Positions 60,433-64,000 of a stretch of DNA of 64,000 bases are shown piece by piece. The DNA is from the human T2T-CHM13v2.0 reference genome, Homo sapiens. How positions within the stretch are numbered: the first letter of the stretch is position 1; each line of letters starts with the position of its first letter. Where the stretch lies: NCBI RefSeq assembly GCF_009914755.1, contig NC_060925.1; one strand, written 5' to 3'. The notes under the pieces are model-generated. The model did not search any database. It was given only the letters and a program-made list of their open reading frames with translations, and had not been told where the DNA came from. Made by a program: the position numbers and the translations under genes.

Positions 60433-63400
60433 ATCATCATTGAATGGAATCGAATGGAATCATCGAGTGGAATCGAATGGAATTATGATCAAATGGAATC
60501 GAATGTAATCCTCATCAAATGGAATCAAAAATAACCATCATCAATTGGTATTGAATGGAATTGTCATCAAATGGAATTCAAAGGAATCATCATCAAATGG
60601 AACCGAATGGAATCCTCATTGAATGGAAATGAAAGGGGTCATCATCTCATGGAATCGCATGGAATCATCATCAAATGGAATCGAATGGAATCATCATCAA
60701 ATGGAATCTAATGGAATCATTGAACAGAATTGAATGGAATCGTCATCGAATGAATTGAATGCAATCATCGAATGGTCTCGAATGGAATCATCTTCTAATG
60801 GAAAGGAATGGAATCATCGCATAGAATCGAATGGAATTATCATCGAATGGAATCGAATGGTATCAACAACAAACGGAAAAAAACGGAATTATCGAATGGA
60901 ATCGAAGAGAATCTTTGAACGGACCCGAATGGAATCATCTAATGGAATGGAATGGAATAATCCATGGACTCGAATGCAATCATCATCGAATGGAATCGAA
61001 TGGAATCATCGAATGGACTCGAATGGAATAATCATTGAACGGAATCGAATGGAATCATCATCGGATGGAAACGAATGGAATCATCATCGAATGGAAATGA
61101 AAGGAGTCATCATCTAATGGAATTGCATGGAATCATCATAAAATGGAATCGAATGGAATCAACATCAAATGGAATCAAATGGAATCATTGAACGGAATTG
61201 AATGGAATCGTCATCGAATGAATTGACTGCAATCATCGAATGGTCTCGAATGGAATCATCTTCAAATGGAATGGAATGGAATCATCGCATAGAATCGAAT
61301 GGAATTATCATCGAATGGAATCGAATGGAATCAACATCAAACGGAAAAAAACGGAATTATCGAATGGAATCGAAGAGAATCATCGAATGGACCCGAATGG
61401 AATCATCTAATGGAATGGAATGGAATAATCCATGGACTCGAATGCAATCATCATCGAATGGAATCGAATGGAATCATCGAATGGACTCGAATGGAATAAT
61501 CATTGAACGGAATCGAATGGAATCATCATCGGATGGAAATGAATGGAATCATCATCGAATGGAATCGAATAGAATTATGGAATGAAATCCAGTGTGATCA
61601 TCATCGAATGGACCCGAATGGAATCATCATCCAACGGAAGCTAATGGAATCAACATCGAATGAATCAAATGGAAACACCATCGAATTGAAACGAATGGAA
61701 TTATCATGAAATTGAAATGGATGGACTCATCATCGAATGGATTCGAATGGAATCATCGAATAAAATTGATTGAAATCATCATCGAATGGAATCGAATGGT
61801 ATCATTGAATGGAATCGAATGGAATCATCATCAGATGGAAATGAATGGAATCGTCATAGAATGGAATCGAATGGATTCATTGAATGGAATCAGATGGAAT
61901 CATCGAATGGACTGGAATGGAATCATTGAATGGACTCGAAAGGGATCATGATTGAATGGAATTGAATGGAATCATCGAATGGTCTCGATTGGAATCATTA
62001 TCAAATGGAATCGAATGGAATCACCGAATAGAATCGAATGGAACAATCATCGAATGGACTCAAATGGAATTATCCTCCAATGGAATCGAATGGATTTATC
62101 GAATGCAATGGAATAGAATCATCGAATGGACTCGAATGGAATTATCGAACGGAATGGAATGGAACAGTCAATGAACTCGAATGGAATCATCATTGAATGG
62201 AATCGAATGGAATCATCGAGTGGAATCGAATGGAATTATGATCAAATGGAATCGAATGTAATCATCATCAAATGGAATCAAAAATAACCATCATCAATTG
62301 GTATTGAATGGAATTGTCATCAAATGGAATTCAAAGGAATCATCATCAAATGGAACCGAATGGAATCCTCATTGAATGGAAATGAAAGGGGTCATCATCT
62401 AATGGAATCGCATGGAATCATCATCAAATGGAATCGAATGGAATCATCATCAAATGGAATCTAATGGAATCATTGAACAGAATTGAATGGAATCGTCATC
62501 GAATGAATTGAATGCAATCATCGAATGGTCTCGAATGGAATCATCTTCTAATGGAAAGGAATGGAATCATCGCATATAATCGAATGGAATTATCATCGAA
62601 TGGAATCGAATGGTATCAACACCAAACGGAAAAAAACGGAATTATCGAATGGAATCGAAGAGAATCTTCGAACGGACCCGAATGGAATCATCTAATGGAA
62701 TGGAATGGAATAATCCATGGACTCGAATGCAATCATCATCGAATGGAATCAAATGGAATCATCGAATGGACTCGAATGGAATAATCATTGAACGGAATCG
62801 AATGGAATCATCATCGGATGGAAACGAATGGAATCATCATCGAATGGAAATGAAAGGAGTCATCATCTAATGGAATTGCATGGAATCATCATAAAATGGA
62901 ATCGAATGGAATCAACATCAAATGGAATCAAATGGAATCATTGAACGGAATTGAATGGAATCGTCATCGAATGAATTGACTGCAATCATCGAATGGTCTC
63001 GAATGGAATCATCTTCAAATGGAATGGAATGGAATCATCGCATAGAATCGAATGGAATTATCATCGAATGGAATCGAATGGAATCAACATCAAACGGAAA
63101 AAAACGGAATTATCGAATGGAATCGAAGAGAATCATCGAATGGACCCGAATGGAATCATCTAATGGCATGGAATGGAATAATCCATGGACTCGAATGCAA
63201 TCATCATCGAATGGAATCGAATGGAATCATCGAATGGACTCGAATGGAATAATCATTGAACGGAATCGAATGGAATCATCATCGGATGGAAATGAATGGA
63301 ATCATCATCGAATGGAATCGAATAGAATTATGGAATGAAATCCAGTGTGATCATCATCGAATGGACCCGAATGGAATCATCATCCAACGGAAGCTAATGG

Positions 63401-63938
63401 AATCAACATCGAATGAATCAAATGGAAACACCATCGAATTGAAACGAATGGAATTATCATGAAATTGAAATGGATGGACTCATCATCGAATGGATTCGAA
63501 TGGAATCATCGAATAAAATTGATTGAAATCATCATCGAATGGAATCGAATGGTATCATTGAATGGAATCGAATGGAATCATCATCAGATGGAAATGAATG
63601 GAATCGTCATAGAATGGAATCGAATGGATTCATTGAATGGAATCAGATGGAATCATCGAATGGACTGGAATGGAATCATTGAATGGACTCGAAAGGGATC
63701 ATGATTGAATGGAATTGAATGGAATCATCGAATGGTCTCGATTGGAATCATTATCAAATGGAATCGAATGGAATCACCGAATAGAATCGAATGGAACAAT
63801 CATCGAATGGACTCAAATGGAATTATCCTCCAATGGAATCGAATGGATTTATCGAATGCAATGGAATAGAATCATCGAATGGACTCGAATGGAATTATCG
63901 AACGGAATGGAATGGAACAGTCAATGAACTCGAATGGA
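60433..63938 (+). repeat. Two 1753-bp variant units with a single copy of the 23-bp motif
   Basis: ORF starts 61202/62955 and 61956/63709 are 1753 bp apart. TGGATTTATCGAATGCAATGGAATAG occurs at 62091 and 63844. Confidence 0.9.
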
Positions 63939-64000
63939 ATCATCATTGAATGGAATCGAATGGAATCATCGAGTGGAATCGAATGGAATTATGATCAAAT

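Larger units (their letters stand above)
1..64000 (+). repeat. Human Satellite II (HSat2) tandem array with a 1776-bp unit, probably the chr1q12 D1Z1 / HSat2A2-type array
   Basis: The sequence is continuous GAATGGAATCATCATCGAATGGAATC-like text (reverse complement of the CATTCGATTC HSat2 signature) with dense TCGA. Landmark motifs (GAAAGGGGTC, ATCCAGTGTG, GGAACAGTC) recur at 1776-bp spacing, as do ORF-track starts (302, 2078, 3854). HSat2 identity is very secure. The chromosome/subfamily call rests on the recalled 1.77-kb EcoRI periodicity. Confidence 0.97.

Noticed and set aside
302-63927. Numerous 61-163 aa ORFs (MESSSNELNAIIEWSRMESS... and similar)
   Set aside because: They are translations of GGAAT/CGAAT/ATC repeats, giving the low-complexity MEWNGIIE pattern in all three + frames. 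They overlap each other, are broken at random by unit variants and show no recognisable domain. No CDS is called.
1-64000. CRISPR-like or other repeat-spacer system
   Set aside because: There are no unique spacers. Everything between motifs is itself repeated at the unit period, and there are no cas or other genes.
1-64000. Embedded transposon, unique island or strand inversion
   Set aside because: Unit lengths sum exactly to the window (63,938 + 62 bp), leaving no room for an insertion. No CATTC-rich stretch appears on the + strand.

Overview
The whole 64 kb window is one uninterrupted, single-orientation block of human Satellite II (HSat2). It consists of diverged GGAAT/CGAAT pentamers and ATC triplets, with the GAATG-rich strand on +. 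The basic unit is 1776 bp with one EcoRI site per unit, which matches the classical 1.77-kb chromosome 1q12 satellite (D1Z1/pUC1.77, HSat2A2-type). That assignment comes from recalled knowledge, not from an alignment. Phasing from position 1 gives 38 complete units plus 62 bp: 23 x 1776, 8 x 1777, 4 x 1063, 1 x 1116 and 2 x 1753 bp, summing to 63,938. Units start at 1, 1777, 3553, 4616, 6392, 7455, 9231, 10294, 12070, 13133, 14909, 16686, 18462, 20239, 22015, 23792, 25568, 27344, 29120, 30897, 32673, 34449, 35565, 37342, 39118, 40894, 42670, 44447, 46223, 47999, 49775, 51552, 53328, 55104, 56880, 58656, 60433 and 62186. I find no genes, RNA genes, transposons or CRISPR arrays, and the listed ORFs are by-products of the repeat. 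I see no support for a new gene-based system. What stands out is the array's internal history: local higher-order repeats of 2839, 3553 and 7105 bp, deletions with readable homeologous junctions, chimeric units, an apparent long-range conversion tract and a layered variant distribution. Variants were read by eye and should be confirmed by alignment.
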